A DNA stretch of 64,000 nucleotides from Octopus vulgaris. Taxonomy: Eukaryota. Location of the stretch: assembly GCA_951406725.2 (NCBI GenBank), contig OX597820.1, positions 71,176,001 to 71,240,000 on the forward strand. The letters are read 5' to 3'. The position numbers and the translations under genes were made by a program. This document shows, in pieces, positions 51,609 to 64,000 of this stretch. Every line of letters starts with the position of its first letter. The first letter of the stretch is position 1. Under the pieces are notes generated by a model that saw nothing but the letters and a program-made list of their open reading frames with translations, made no database searches and was not told the DNA's origin.

Positions 51609-52340
51609 TTAAAAGTATTACATAATGTTGTCTTTTCTTACATTTATTTAATACCCCAGAAATCACATTTTCTATTCTATAATAATATGACTACACTGTA
51701 ATTTAAATCTATTTATCTATAAGACTTATTCAGTTTAAAGTATTATGAATGTTCAGTTTCTTTTCTTTCTATACTTAATATGCTATCTTGTAAAATACTA
51801 GCTTTAGTTTGTACACTGGTCATAAATCAAGAAAATATCATTTTAGATTTTGCATTTGGTTTGCAAGATTCTAATTCCTGATGTGTGAATTCATATGTTG
51901 AAGTATATCGTGTTTTACCTTAGATGGGTCATTATGCCAATAATAAATACATGCACTGGTTCTATTTTACTTCTTTATTTTTTGATTTGTTAATTGGTCA
52001 AACATTTAGCTTATTAACTAATTGATTGTCTGTTTAATTGTTTGATCAATCAACCTGCTAGGTTTTTATAACTCTTTCCATTGGCATTTGCAATCTTGTC
52101 AGTGACATGCCCTCTCTGCTCCAGGTCTGCTTCAAGATTTTACAATAGTAAAGCATCAGACAAATGGTTTGAGGTATCTAGTTGTAGTTTTCCACTTTCT
52201 GAGTACATGTCCCACTAAGGATATCTTTGTCTTTCATTGTTCTGAGAATGATAAAACAAAGTCAACTACTGGAGTTAATTTAATCACCTATACCCCCATG
52301 CTGGTTCCACACATCTGCTAGTGCCACTCTCAATCTTGCA

Positions 52341-52900
52341 CCATGCTGGTGCCATGTATAAAGCACCCATTCTAGTACCACATACAAGGCACTCGTGATC
52401 AGGTCACATATAAAGCATCTGTGCTGGTGTCACTTGAAAAGCACCCATGTTGGTGCCACATAAAAATCATGCATGCTGGTGCCACATAGAAAAGCATCCA
52501 TGCTGGTGTCACATAAAAAGCAACCATACTGGTGCCATGTATAAAGCACTCATTCTGGTGCCTCATATAAAGCACTCATGCTGGTGTCACATATAAAGCA
52601 TTTGTGCTGGTTCCACATAAAAACCACCCATGCTGGTGCCACATAAAAAGCAACCATGCTGGTACCATGTATAAAGCATCTGTTCTGGTGCCACATATAA
52701 GGCATTCATGCTGGTGTCACATATAAAGAATCTGTGCTGATGCCATGCAAAAAGCACCCATGTTGGTGCCATGCAAAATTCCTGCATGCTGATGCCACAT
52801 AAAAAGTACCCATGCTGTAGTCACAAAAAAAAAGGCACTCATGCTGGTACCATGTATAAAGCACCCACGCTGGTGCCACATATGAAGCACGCATGCTGAT
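52341..52900. repeat. ~26-bp minisatellite (about 21 units) heading an RTE 3'-end copy that ends near 53103
   Basis: Consensus gcacccatgctggtgccacataaaaa, followed by the standard RTE tail. Confidence 0.92.
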
Positions 52901-53413
52901 ATCATTGCTACTTGAAAAATATCCAGTACACTCTGTAAAGTGGTTGGTGTTAGGAAGGACATCCAACTGTAGAAACCATGCTGAAACAGATAATTGGAGC
53001 CTTGTGCAGCTCCCCAGCTTGCCAGTTCCTGTCAAACTGTCCAACCCATGCCAGCATGGAAAATGGCCAATAAATGATGATGGGGGGGGCGGTGATGATG
53101 ATGAACTTCTAGAATTTTTGGCCTGGTCCAAATGTTATAAATCAATTTGATTATAAGGCATGATTTTAATTTAGCTGAATATCTTTTCTAGAGTCAACAC
53201 CACTGAAACAACTATTTTCTTTGAAACACTGTTGGTCATCGTTGTTTCATTATTGTTGAATGTCCACTTGTCCATACTTGCATGGGTCAGATGGAATTAG
53301 TTGAGGCAGATTTCCCATGTTCATAACCATGCTCATTCACACCCATCATGTGATATCAAGACAAGGGTACATACACATGATACATATTGATAGATAGACA
53401 GGTAGATAAATGG

Positions 53414-53444
<31 letters not shown>

Positions 53445-53911
53445 TAGATAGACAGAGACACATAGAGAGATTGGTAGAGAGAGAGAGAGATAGATGGACA
53501 GACAGATAGATACATAGATATAGATACGTGTGTGTGTGTATGTGTATATATAGCTATGTTATATTCAGTTAGGAACATGGTAGAGTACAGTATAAAGCTT
53601 GTCCAGCTTCAAAATTACCTAGTACTATCAGTAGAATTATTATATATTTCCAAGTTTAAGTTTGGGCATTCATCGTGAGTGAATGTAAAATTGAAGATGG
53701 CTTTGAAGTCGATTTTAAACTAATGGAGACAACACTTGTATATCGCCTGAGGAAACACAAGTAGATTTCATTATGCAAACAAACAGCTGCATAATCAAAT
53801 ACCTGTATTTTTGGAGAAATATATTGTGCCAAAACAATTATAGCGAGTAATTAATAAATGTCCACCCATACTCTTTCTTCTTGACTCCAGTTTCTTCAAT
53901 TACATATATAT

Positions 53912-54100
53912 ATCAAAATAAGCAACAGGATATCAAGAAGTGAGGTGGTAAAACTGCTTGAAACAGTCATACTGCATCTCTTCTTGATATCCTGTTGCTT
54001 ATTTTGATTTTATTCACCTTACTTTGAGCTGTGTGGATAATACCAGACTAATTTGGTGCTTCAACTTAAGTACCTAATTCAACTGAATCTCAATTATTTC
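53912..54100 (+). mobile_element. Penelope-like fold-back remnant in TA repeats
   Basis: Perfect 29-bp arms 53912-53940 / 53980-54008; tail homologous to 24783-24882, which lies downstream of a GIY-YIG remnant. Confidence 0.72.
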
Positions 54101-54110
54101 TTATATATAC

Positions 54111-54150
<40 letters not shown>

Positions 54151-54623
54151 TTGTATATATTGGCAGGGCAAGACTGCTAGGTAGTCGGCCGTATGCTAGA
54201 AATAGATCATCAACGATCAAACTACAAAGAAAGTTCTCTAGAGGAAGAATTCAGCGAACACCAGAACCAAATTTGGTGGGCAGGACAGATGAAAATTTAT
54301 ATAAAAAACAATTAAAATTAATATTAATTTATCTCCCTCATTATTTATATATATATATATATATACAATGGGGTCCTTTCAGATGCTGTTGACAGAATCC
54401 ACTCGTAAGGCTTTGATTGGCCTGTGGGGACATAGTATAAGATACTTGCCTAAAGTGCTACACCATGGGACTGAACCCAAGACCAGATGGTTGGGAAGCA
54501 AGCTTCTTTACCATGCAGCCACAAAATCTGTTTTACCTTTCTAATCTACTACCCTAGCTAATATCTTTTCCTCAAAGTATAAATATTTATAATTAGATTT
54601 CTAGTGATCACTAACATTAAATT

Positions 54624-54922
54624 CACAGTATCACAGTATGAACCAGGCTATCAGATGTTGCTACACATCGCTGGTCACTATGCAATTTGCATTGTTTAAG
54701 CTTTTGAATGTTGCCATCCCACTGACTAGGTGAGTAAGCCAACATTCCATTGACCAGAAGACTAATCCATCACAGGATTACCCATTTTAGGCGAGTATAC
54801 TGGAGCGACATGAAATAAAGTGTCCTACTCAAGAACACAACATGCAACCAGTCTGTGAATTGAAACTATGATCTCACAATCAAAAGAGCAACACCCTTAA
54901 CCACTAGACCACTCATCTTCAC
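54624..54922 (-). mobile_element. tRNA-derived SINE with RTE-like tail and 10-bp TSD
   Basis: TSD acattaaatt at 54614 and 54923; tail accaggctatcagatgttgctacacatcgctggtcac. Confidence 0.8.
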
Positions 54923-55686
54923 ACATTAAATTATTAATGTTAAATTAAAGGCAGTGAGCAGGCAGAATTGCTACCTCACTGGACAAAATGCTTAGCAGCA
55001 TTTCTTTTGGTTTTAATTTTTGAGTACAGTGATGGCAGGGGTCATCTATGCCATTCATCTTTTCAGGATCAATAAAATAAGTACCTGTTTAGCACTGGAG
55101 TTCTGAAATTGCTGGCCTTGAGCAAAAATTTGAAACCAATGTTAAATTAACCATTGTTTTTCATGCAGAGGGAGTCTCTTAGTAATTAAGTTCAGTGATT
55201 AATTTCTATAAAATATACTAATGTTTCACGTTTTCTTTTGTGTATTCTAGCTTTTGGAATCAGTATGATAAATGTATCCTTGCACCTTATAAGATGAGAC
55301 AACTAAAAGAGTTGATAGCAAGAAGAACATCCATCTGTACAATAGAACCTTAAAAGTCCCTTCCAATACATTTAAGCATGGCAAGTGGGTGTTATAGATG
55401 AAGAAAGGGTAAGAAACTCTCAAGAGAGCTGAAAAGTAGAAGGGAAGAAACCTGCCTTAGGCAAGTGTTTCGGCGCTTAATACATGTAAGCATGGAAAAG
55501 TGGATGCATGAATGATGAAAATGATGAAGGTGGTGGTGGTGGGGATGGTAGTAGTACGCTGCGGTGGTAGTAGTGGTGTTGATGGTGGTGGTGGTGATGA
55601 GGATGGTAGTTGTGGTGGTGGCAGTGGTGTTGGTCTTGTTGTTGGTGGTATTGGTGGTGGTGATAATGATGATGCCACTGTCGCCA

Positions 55687-55722
<36 letters not shown>

Positions 55723-56390
55723 GCAATGCTGACAACAACTATTGTACATTTATAATACTTAGTGCTTCTCTTATCATACGACTACTTCACCAAAGTACAA
55801 TGAAATTAGTTCTTTGCTGAACAAGTCTAATAATAAATCCTAAAACATTTCCAGAGGTGTTTCTCATATTTGCCAAAATGATTAAAATAATATTAACATT
55901 CTTTTGTTTCTTTTCTTTACTTTGTTCCATAAGTGTTTCTAATAAGATTTTTTGATGCTAACTACATTGAATATGTTAACACAAATTTGACTAATAATCT
56001 CAACAAGTTACTTTCCTCTTAGCCTGAGAATTCACAGCTTTCTCTCTTTCCACGAACTGACAGCAAGAAAGTGGTAAAAAAAAGCTTTTCTTGGCTCCTA
56101 TATTCTGTGGTTTTTTGGGTGATGAGAAAGCTAAGTATAAATGTCTCATTAGTGAAATATGTTTGAGTTATTTAAATAAAAAATACAAGGTTAGCATAAA
56201 TAATGTAGGTGCTGGTGTGGTTCTGTGGTAAGAAGTTTGCTTCCCAACCTCATGGTTTTGGGTTCAGTCCCATTGCATGGTATCAGGAGTAAGCGTCTTC
56301 TGCTATCACTCCAGGTCAAGCAAATCCTTGTGAGTGGATCTGGGAGATGGAAACTAAAAGAAGCTCATCATATATGTATGTATTTATGCA

Positions 56391-57715
56391 TGCCATTATT
56401 CAGTTTTATTTCAAGATTTCTTGCCAATAGAGAAAGAGACACTTTCTAACCTAGATCCAATGCTCCATCATTAGAATCTCAACAACACCAACAGGATATT
56501 ATTGTATGTATGTATGTATGTATGTATGTATGTGTGTGCATGCATATACTTAGATATCTAGATATGCTCATGTACACTTAAATTATGAACTTCTGGAAAG
56601 TTTTACAGATTTTTACAGTTCCAGTGATGGTTTGGGTCTGTACTTTCGAATTAGCTTCTTTCCTTTCTTGTTTTGAGAAGCCTAATTTCTCAAGATTGGT
56701 ATTTAGGCAGTGTGTTACATATCCCAGGGCCCCAATAATTACAGATATAAACCTTAACTTGTAATCTGGATAGAGTAACTGCCGATTTCTCAATAGTCCA
56801 GCGTAGGTATTCTCTTTTGTACTGATCTTTGGCTTTATCTTAACATCCGCTGGGCAACTGATTTCCTCAACTGTACACAGTTTCTCTTCTCTTTCTCAAA
56901 TCATTATATCAGGTCTACTGTGTTTACATTTTATTAAGGTTTTCTCTGGTACATTTCACCAGTACTCCTTTTTATTATGAGTAGCTTCGGCTTCCACCAT
57001 ACTGTGGGTTCTAATTCCTTTGTCCTCAAGGTTATCCTTTCAATGGATCTCATTATACAATGTCCTAGCTATATCATGTCTCATCAGTAGATAATACCAT
57101 GAGGACATTTTCGAACAGCTGCTAATGATGTGGATGATATCATCGGTGTTAACTCCACAAAGTCTGCATTTATTGGCACATTTTACTGCTTTTCCTATAT
57201 CTCTGTCCTGTTTGTGTATCAAGTACTTTGTTGATATTTCCTGTTCTTGGATTGAATATGCATACCCCACAAAATAGGAGGTAGTAATCCAGTTGCTAGT
57301 CCATGATGGACTGCTTTGGTGATCAATGTTACTATCATCTCGGAGCTTTCTACTAACATATTCATGCATGGTCTTCCGCTCATATATGCTCATCCTTTCT
57401 CATCTGATGATATGTTGCAGTAGAGTTGTGCAACTTCTTTAGACATGTACTTAAGGTTATCAGATAAGAAATTCTGCTCAAGGAACTGCCTTCCAAGTCT
57501 TATGATGTTATCAGCCACATGTATGCAAATTTGATCAAGGGATCATTTGGTGGTTAAAAGATGTTGCTGAAGGGATATGCTATGGCATTCAAAGGCAGTT
57601 TGGATTGATGTTAAGCCATCTTGTTTTCATTTTAGGTAGAGGTAGTCTATGTCACTGTTTATGTTGAAATTACGTGTGCTTGTTAGTATCTTCTGGGTTT
57701 TCACATCAATGGCTC
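56391..57715 (-). mobile_element. R4/Dong-clade (RLE) LINE 3' part, decayed
   Basis: IQEQEISTKY, CRLCGVNTDDIIHIISSC (CCHC), MRHD, RPDIMI..EISCP nuclease motif, VIIGALG, GTVKICK. Confidence 0.87.
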
Positions 57716-58344
57716 AGATCTATATAGGTATGTATATGTGTATGTGCATGGGTGTGTATGTATGTGTGTCTGCTTGTGTGTGTGTTATTGTCTCCTTGCT
57801 TTGACATCATGTGATAATTGTAATGAGTGTCACTGTCATACAAGAATCTTCTTTCATTTCTTATCTTCCTTGAAAATATGTCTGGTCATGAGAAAATATT
57901 ACCATGATTGGGAACAGGGAAGGATTTGTGACAGGAGAGGTATATGGCCATAGAAAATTCACTTAAAAAAATTCCATCCAGCCCATGTGACATTAAAACA
58001 ATGACGATGATTACAATGACAATGAAGATTATGATGATGATGATGATGATGACCTATTCATTTTCTGTCTTCACCTCCTTATTATTTTTACTGAATCTTT
58101 TATAACATGGAATCAGATTATTATCTTTTGTTGATGAAACAGTCTATAAGTACCCCACAAAATTTGAAATCCAAAAAAGAAGTGATTACTCTCCCTGGCT
58201 ATGTGTTTAAGAGGTTCAGTTCACAGACATGTCGTTCTGATTTCCACCCCAAAGTCCAGCTACTTGGGTAAGTGTCTTCCGTCATAGCTTCAGGTTGATA
58301 ATGTCCTTTAAGTGGAATTTGGATATAAAAAACTCATCAGATAA

Positions 58345-58735
58345 CTTTTTTGCTTTTTACTTGTTTCAGTCATTGGCCTATGGCCATGCTGGGGCACAGC
58401 TTTGAACGATTTAGTCATACAATTTGACCTCGGTATTTTGCTTTTTTTTATGTCTGGTACTTATTCTATTGGTCTCCTTTGCTGAACTACAAAGTTACAA
58501 GGTCTATAAACAAAAGAACACTGGTTGTCAAGTGTTGGGAGGTGAAGGATAAACACAAACACACAAACACACATAATATAGGCTTCCACACTAAATTCAC
58601 TCAGTACTAAATTGATTCACAAGGCATTAGTCAGCCTGAAGCTATAGTAGAAGACATTTGTCCAAGGTGCCATGCAGTGGGACTGAACCTGAAACTATGC
58701 GGCTGCAAAATGAGCTACTTTACCACATAGCATTG
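58345..58735 (-). mobile_element. CORE-type SINE (family A), diverged
   Basis: tttttacttgtttcagtcatt tail through gtgggactgaacc head. Confidence 0.75.
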
Positions 58736-58819
58736 ACAATGGAAAAATAGAAAATTTCTAATAGTGAGCAAAAAAAAAAGAAGAAATTCTTGAAAATTTA
58801 TGCAGATAAACCACTCCAA

Positions 58820-58982
58820 GGCGTAGGAGTGGCTGTGTGGTAAGTAGCTTGCTTATGAACCACATGGTTCCGGGTTCAGTCCCACTGTGTGGCACCTTGG
58901 GCAAGTGTCTTCTACTATAGCCTTGGGCCGACCAAAGACTTGTGAGTGGATTTGGTTGACGGAAACTGAAAGAAGCCCATCG

Positions 58983-59034
<52 letters not shown>

Positions 59035-59215
59035 TATGTATATGTTTGTGTGTCTGTGTTTGTCCCCCCTACATTGCTTGGCAACCGATGCTGTTCGGCA
59101 AAAGAAACCAATAGAATAAGTACTAGGCTTACAAAGAATAAGTCCTGTGGTGCTCCAGCATGGCCACAGTCAAATGACTGAAACAAGTAAAAGAGTAAAA
59201 GAGAGTAAAGAGAGT
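58820..59215 (+). mobile_element. CORE-type SINE (family A) with small internal deletions
   Basis: ggcgtaggagtggctgtgtggtaag head to gtaaaaga tail. Confidence 0.92.
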
Positions 59216-59372
59216 ATAAAGATTAGAGTTTCAATTGATTAAAATTATTTACCATCCACCTCTCAAGTATGGTACCCTTCATTTACAACAACAACAGCAA
59301 CAACAAAGAATGATGACATCAGCAAAGAAATACCTCAGGGTTGGGTTCAAAATTCTACCAGGAGGTAGAATT

Positions 59373-59414
59373 CTACCAAGAAGGCCGGAGAGTAAATCAG
59401 CCGAAATGTTGTGG
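59373..59414 (+). ncRNA. Degenerate hammerhead (core deletion)
   Basis: cuac-C--AAGA-a-ggccg..cagcc-GAAA-ug-UU^-gugg. Confidence 0.4.
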
Positions 59415-60123
59415 TAACAACAAACAAGATGAGGACACATATACGTCCAATGTAAATAATGTAAACAGTGTGTCTATCAATGTTGTTTCATAATAATTGA
59501 TTTAATGTCTGCTTTTCCATGCTTGCATGGGTCAGACAAAACTCCCAGAGGCAGATTTTTTACAACTGGATATTCTTCCTGTTATGAACAATATTTTCTC
59601 CAAGTTTGGACATCTTTATCATGAAAGATTACAAACAAACAGCATAGTTTGTATGATGGAAGACATTATTTATACTCAGTGTGTAATATCAAAATAAAGA
59701 GGTACACACAGACACACACACACAAATGACAGGCTTTTCAATTTCCATCAGCCAAGTTTACCCATAATGCTTTGGTTGACCCAATGTGCCATACAACAGG
59801 ACTGTAACTGAAACCATGTGGTCACTAAGTGAATTTCTTAACCATACAGCCATACCTGTAGCTGAGTGCATGTGTACAAGCATACATACATTTATATATA
59901 TTTATACATACACACATGCATATTATGTTTGTGTGTGTGTGTGTGTGAGAGAGAGAGAAAGAGAGATAGAGTGTGTGTGTGAGGACATTTATATGCATGT
60001 GAGGAGTTTATATCTCTTAGCAATCTATATCAGCTAAAGATGTAAACATCATTTCAAATAAACTCCCTTGTGATATTTGTTCCACCCAATGTGCACAGAC
60101 AGACAAACCATTATCATTCTCAC

Positions 60124-60164
60124 CATGGTTGATGCAGTGATCCGGTGATCGGTCTATTGGAAAC
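60124..60164 (-). other. Candidate 41-nt exon ending in ATG
   Basis: gtcgtttatcacag|GTTTCC...CAACCATG|GTGAGA on the minus strand. Confidence 0.35.
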
Positions 60165-61393
60165 CTGTGATAAACGACACTATTGTTCATGAGATATGAT
60201 ATAAAACAAATAAATATATGAGTATATATGTGTACATGTGTGTGTATGTGTGTATGTATGTACGCGTGTGTGTGTGTGTGTATGTATGGCTACAAAATTA
60301 CCAATGACAAAAGATGACATGAAACAGATCAAAGAAATAAGTGTGGATGGAACCATAGCCAAAACTGTATCATTAGTAATAGGAATCTTCAGTATCTGAT
60401 ACCTCAAAGAAATTGATTATGTTCAATATATTAGAAAACAGAGAGGAAATAAATATTTTCTAGTTGGTACATAAAAAAGTATAGATATTCAATGAATATG
60501 CTTACAGTAAATCCATACTTCTCGATAGCATCTTTATCTGTTTCATCACCTTGATCGTCACCATCATCATCACCATCATTATCATCACCCTCATTGCAAC
60601 TATTGTTGTTGTTGTCGTTGTCATCATCATCATCACCATTTTCATCATAATCACTGTTGTCATTGTTCTTATCACTGTCATCATCATCATTGTCTCATCA
60701 TCATCATCTTCATCATCATCATTTAATGTCCATGTTCCCTGCTGACATAGGTTGGACAGTTTGACAGGTCCTCATGAGCCAGAGAATTGCTTCATACTAA
60801 TACTCGATTCTCTCCTTTGGTATGGTTTCTATGGCTGGACATTCTTCCTAATGCCATCTTCTGCTAATATTTTTGTTGGTTTTGTTGATTAACCCACAGG
60901 TCAACACTGCTTGGGCAGATTTAGAGATCAATAGTGTTCAAATCATGATCATATCATCCCCTCTTTGAGCTTTCTAAGATAACACCAAAGTGTCCCTCCT
61001 TTATATAGATGGTATAATGTAATTTGAGGGAGATTTGGTTGCTATTTCTTGCATGCTGTGTGTAATCAATGAAGTTGACTACATACCAGTTCAGTGGAAA
61101 ATTGGTAGAGCTGTAAGAACATCAGATAGAATGCCTTGCAGTTGTTTCAACTTTTTATGTTCTGAGTTTAAGTCTGTCTGAGGTCAACTTCACTTTCGTT
61201 GTATTAGAATTGTCAAATAAAGTACCAGTTTAGAACAGGCGATTGGCACAATTGTAGTGTTAAATAGCATGCCTTGAGGTATCTGTTCTCCACCTCTGGC
61301 TCCTTGTGTTCTGTATTGCAAATACTACTTAAGCACCAACAGTCAGGGCTAATAACCAGATTATGTGAACACCTCACCCAACATGCAATTGTC

Positions 61394-61600
61394 TGTCCAG
61401 ACTTATTTCTTTACTGCCCACAAGTGGCTACACACAGGGGAGACAAACGGATTAAGTCGATTATATTGACCCCAGTGTGTAACTGGTACTTATTTAATTA
61501 CGCACTGGGGTCAATATAATCAACTTAATCCATTTGTCTGTCCTTGTTTGTCCCCTCTGTGTGTAGCCACTTGTGGGCAGTAAAGAAATGTCTGGACAGA
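61394..61600. repeat. Palindrome made of two inverted Nin-type SINE 3' halves
   Basis: Arms 61394-61482 / 61498-61600, short spacer. Confidence 0.9.
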
Positions 61601-62520
61601 TTGAGCTACAACCAGCATAAATAAGCTGGCAACAGTAAGTTGAGTCATCATTGTCATCATCAGTAGCTGTGGCTTCATCATCATCATCATCAATGTTGTC
61701 GTCGTCATTGTTGCCATCATCATCATAATCATCATCCTCAACATTGTTGTCATCGTCGTTGTCGTTGTCATCATCATCACCATCATCATCATCATCACCA
61801 CCACCACCACCACCATCATTGTTGTCCTCATCGTCCTCCTCCTCCTCCTCATTATTATAGAACCTCCATTTTTCCATGCTTGCATGGGTCTGACAGAACT
61901 TGAGGCAGATTTTGAACATGATCTTCAGAAATTGCTAGTAGCATGCTATCACTACTTGAAACAAACTGTTATACTTACTTCTTTTCTTGCTACCTTTATT
62001 CCCTCTTTCACTCTAAATCCTATTCCAAACATGCCAGCTTCAAATTCTTCATGTTGAAGCCTACCACTTACCAAGCTCTTTCCTTCTTTATGTAATTGAA
62101 CAATATATTATACTCACACTTTTCAAGCTTGATATATTAATCATACAAATCCCACCACAAACCCCATTTCTTATCTGAGAGCTCTCATCTGCCATAAACA
62201 GTGCCCTATCTCATTAGAGATCTGAAAAGGAAGAAAAGACTCAGAGAACACATATTAACATGAAATAATAATAAACAAAAATATGGTAATAAAATGTTAA
62301 GTGCCTTTCCCAAAACAGAGTAGAGAAACACTGAAAATAAAGATACCAGTGTGGTTTAAGATATGGCAACTTCTTAATATTCTGTTGATACTCTTTCTTT
62401 CAAAGCAATTATATTTTTTGTACTTTACATAGGTAACTCTAAGACTGCACTCATCTATTGATATGTCTCACCTCAAAGTTTGTCTTATATCCAATAAGGG
62501 AAATGGGTTTCAGGAACTAA

Positions 62521-62696
62521 GGTATGTAGGAGTGGCTGAGTGGTAAGTAGCTTGCTTACGAACCACATGGTTCTGGGTTCAGTCCCACTGCATGGCACCT
62601 TGGGTAAGTGCCTTCTACTATAGTCTTGGGCCGACCAAAGCCTTGTAAGTGGATTTGGTAGACGGAAACTGAAAGAAGCCTATCATATATATTTAC

Positions 62697-62728
<32 letters not shown>

Positions 62729-62943
62729 TTGTGTGTCTGTGTTTGTCCCCCCTCCCCAACATCGCTTGACAACCGATGCTGGTGCGTTTATGTCCCCGTA
62801 ACTTAGCGCTTTGGCAAAACAGACTGATAGAATAAGTACTAGGCTTACAAAGAATAAGTCCTGGGGTCAATTTGCTTGACTAAAGGCGGTGCTCCAGCAT
62901 GGCCACAGTCAAATGACTGAAACAAGTAAAAGAGTAAAGAGTA
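62521..62943 (+). mobile_element. Full-length CORE-type SINE (family A)
   Basis: Colinear with 8655-9088. Confidence 0.92.
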
Positions 62944-63644
62944 AACAAATTTTTGTGAGGTGAAGTTGGGAAGGACAGAGAGGTTAGATGCTGTAAACCT
63001 TCCTTCACCCACCACATTCTATGAACTGAAAAATAAGAAAATACTGTCACCTTCATCCTTCACTTCTCTTCTATCATCATGTACATTTCACCAGGTATCT
63101 ATAAAACTATTTACAATATTTATTCATGTAAAGCTGGCGATCTGGTAGAATTGTTAGCACGCCAAGTGAAATGCTGCTAAGCATTTCACATATCTTCACA
63201 TATTGAGTTCAAATCCTGCCAAGACTGACTTTACCTTTCATTCTTTCAGGGTCAATAAATTAAGTACCAGTTGGGTACTGGGGTCAATGTATTCAACTTA
63301 CCACTTCTCTGAAACTGTTGGTCATGTGCCAAATTTTGAAACCAATATTTACTCATATATAAGTCACACCACTAATTTAGTGTTAAATCTTGGTACAAAA
63401 TTTTTACCCTTCATAGTGTTAGCTATGTCCAGTGTATAAGTTGTACCATAGGCTCAAAAACAGGGGGTCGGAGGGGGTGTGCTTGTGTTTTTACCCACTA
63501 AAATTATTGTGGAGCAATGAAAATGCTTTGAACATTCTCCTGGAAAACTTCATCACCAAAATGAACATAGAAGCACTTTTGGACTGATTTGAAACATTAC
63601 TTTTCCATTATTGGATTTATCTAATTTGACTGATAAACTAATAT

Positions 63645-63947
63645 TACCGTGACTGACCAGGCTATCAGATGTTGTTACACATCTGGTCACAATGCACTTC
63701 GCATTGTTTTAGCCTTCAAATGATGCCACCCCACTGGTTAAGCAAGCAGGCCAACAGAAGAAAAAGTGAGGGAAAGTTGTAGTGAAAGAGTACAGCAGGG
63801 ATCAGCACCACCCCCTGCCGGAGATTTGTGGAGCTTTTAAGTGTTTTCGCTCAATAAACACTCACAACACCCAGTCTGGGAATCGAAACCATGATCCTAC
63901 AACCACGAGTCTGCTGCCCTAACCACTGGGCCATTGCACCTCCACAT
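63645..63947 (-). mobile_element. tRNA-derived SINE with RTE-like tail and 14-bp TSD
   Basis: A box tggcccagtgg, B box ggtttcgattcc; TSD tgataaactaatat at 63631 and 63948. Confidence 0.88.
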
Positions 63948-64000
63948 TGATAAACTAATATAATAACAATAATCGTTATTATATCTGTGTTTTAATATTA

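Noticed and set aside
53742-53795. Hammerhead at CUGAGGA...aaacagcug
   Set aside because: GAAA box and stems I and II cannot be formed convincingly.

Overview
AT-rich, repeat-saturated animal genomic DNA with no intact host protein-coding gene that I can recognise. The SINE, LINE and microsatellite mix looks like a coleoid cephalopod (Octopus-like); this is inference from repeat style. Almost all ORFs in the supplied track are translations of (TA)n, (CA)n or (GAT)n repeats. The real content is mobile DNA: tRNA-derived SINEs (CORE-type, Nin/Deu-type, RTE-tailed), RTE LINEs (one with an open 3' ORF carrying a C4HC3 PHD-like finger inside the RT), Tx1/L1, R4/Dong and CR1-group remnants, three decayed IS630-Tc1-mariner transposons (DD36E, DD34D, DD41D), Helitrons and Helentron-type HINEs, MITEs, and a tRNA-Phe pseudogene. 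The strongest hidden signal is a set of sequence-unrelated Penelope-like insertions sitting in (TA)n arrays. They share a 5' inverted-repeat (fold-back) architecture and carry type I hammerhead ribozyme motifs: about ten candidates in 64 kb, some with non-canonical cores. A few short minus-strand segments with good splice signals suggest the window may be intronic to a spliced, possibly non-coding, transcript. All coordinates were read by eye and may be off by a few bases.
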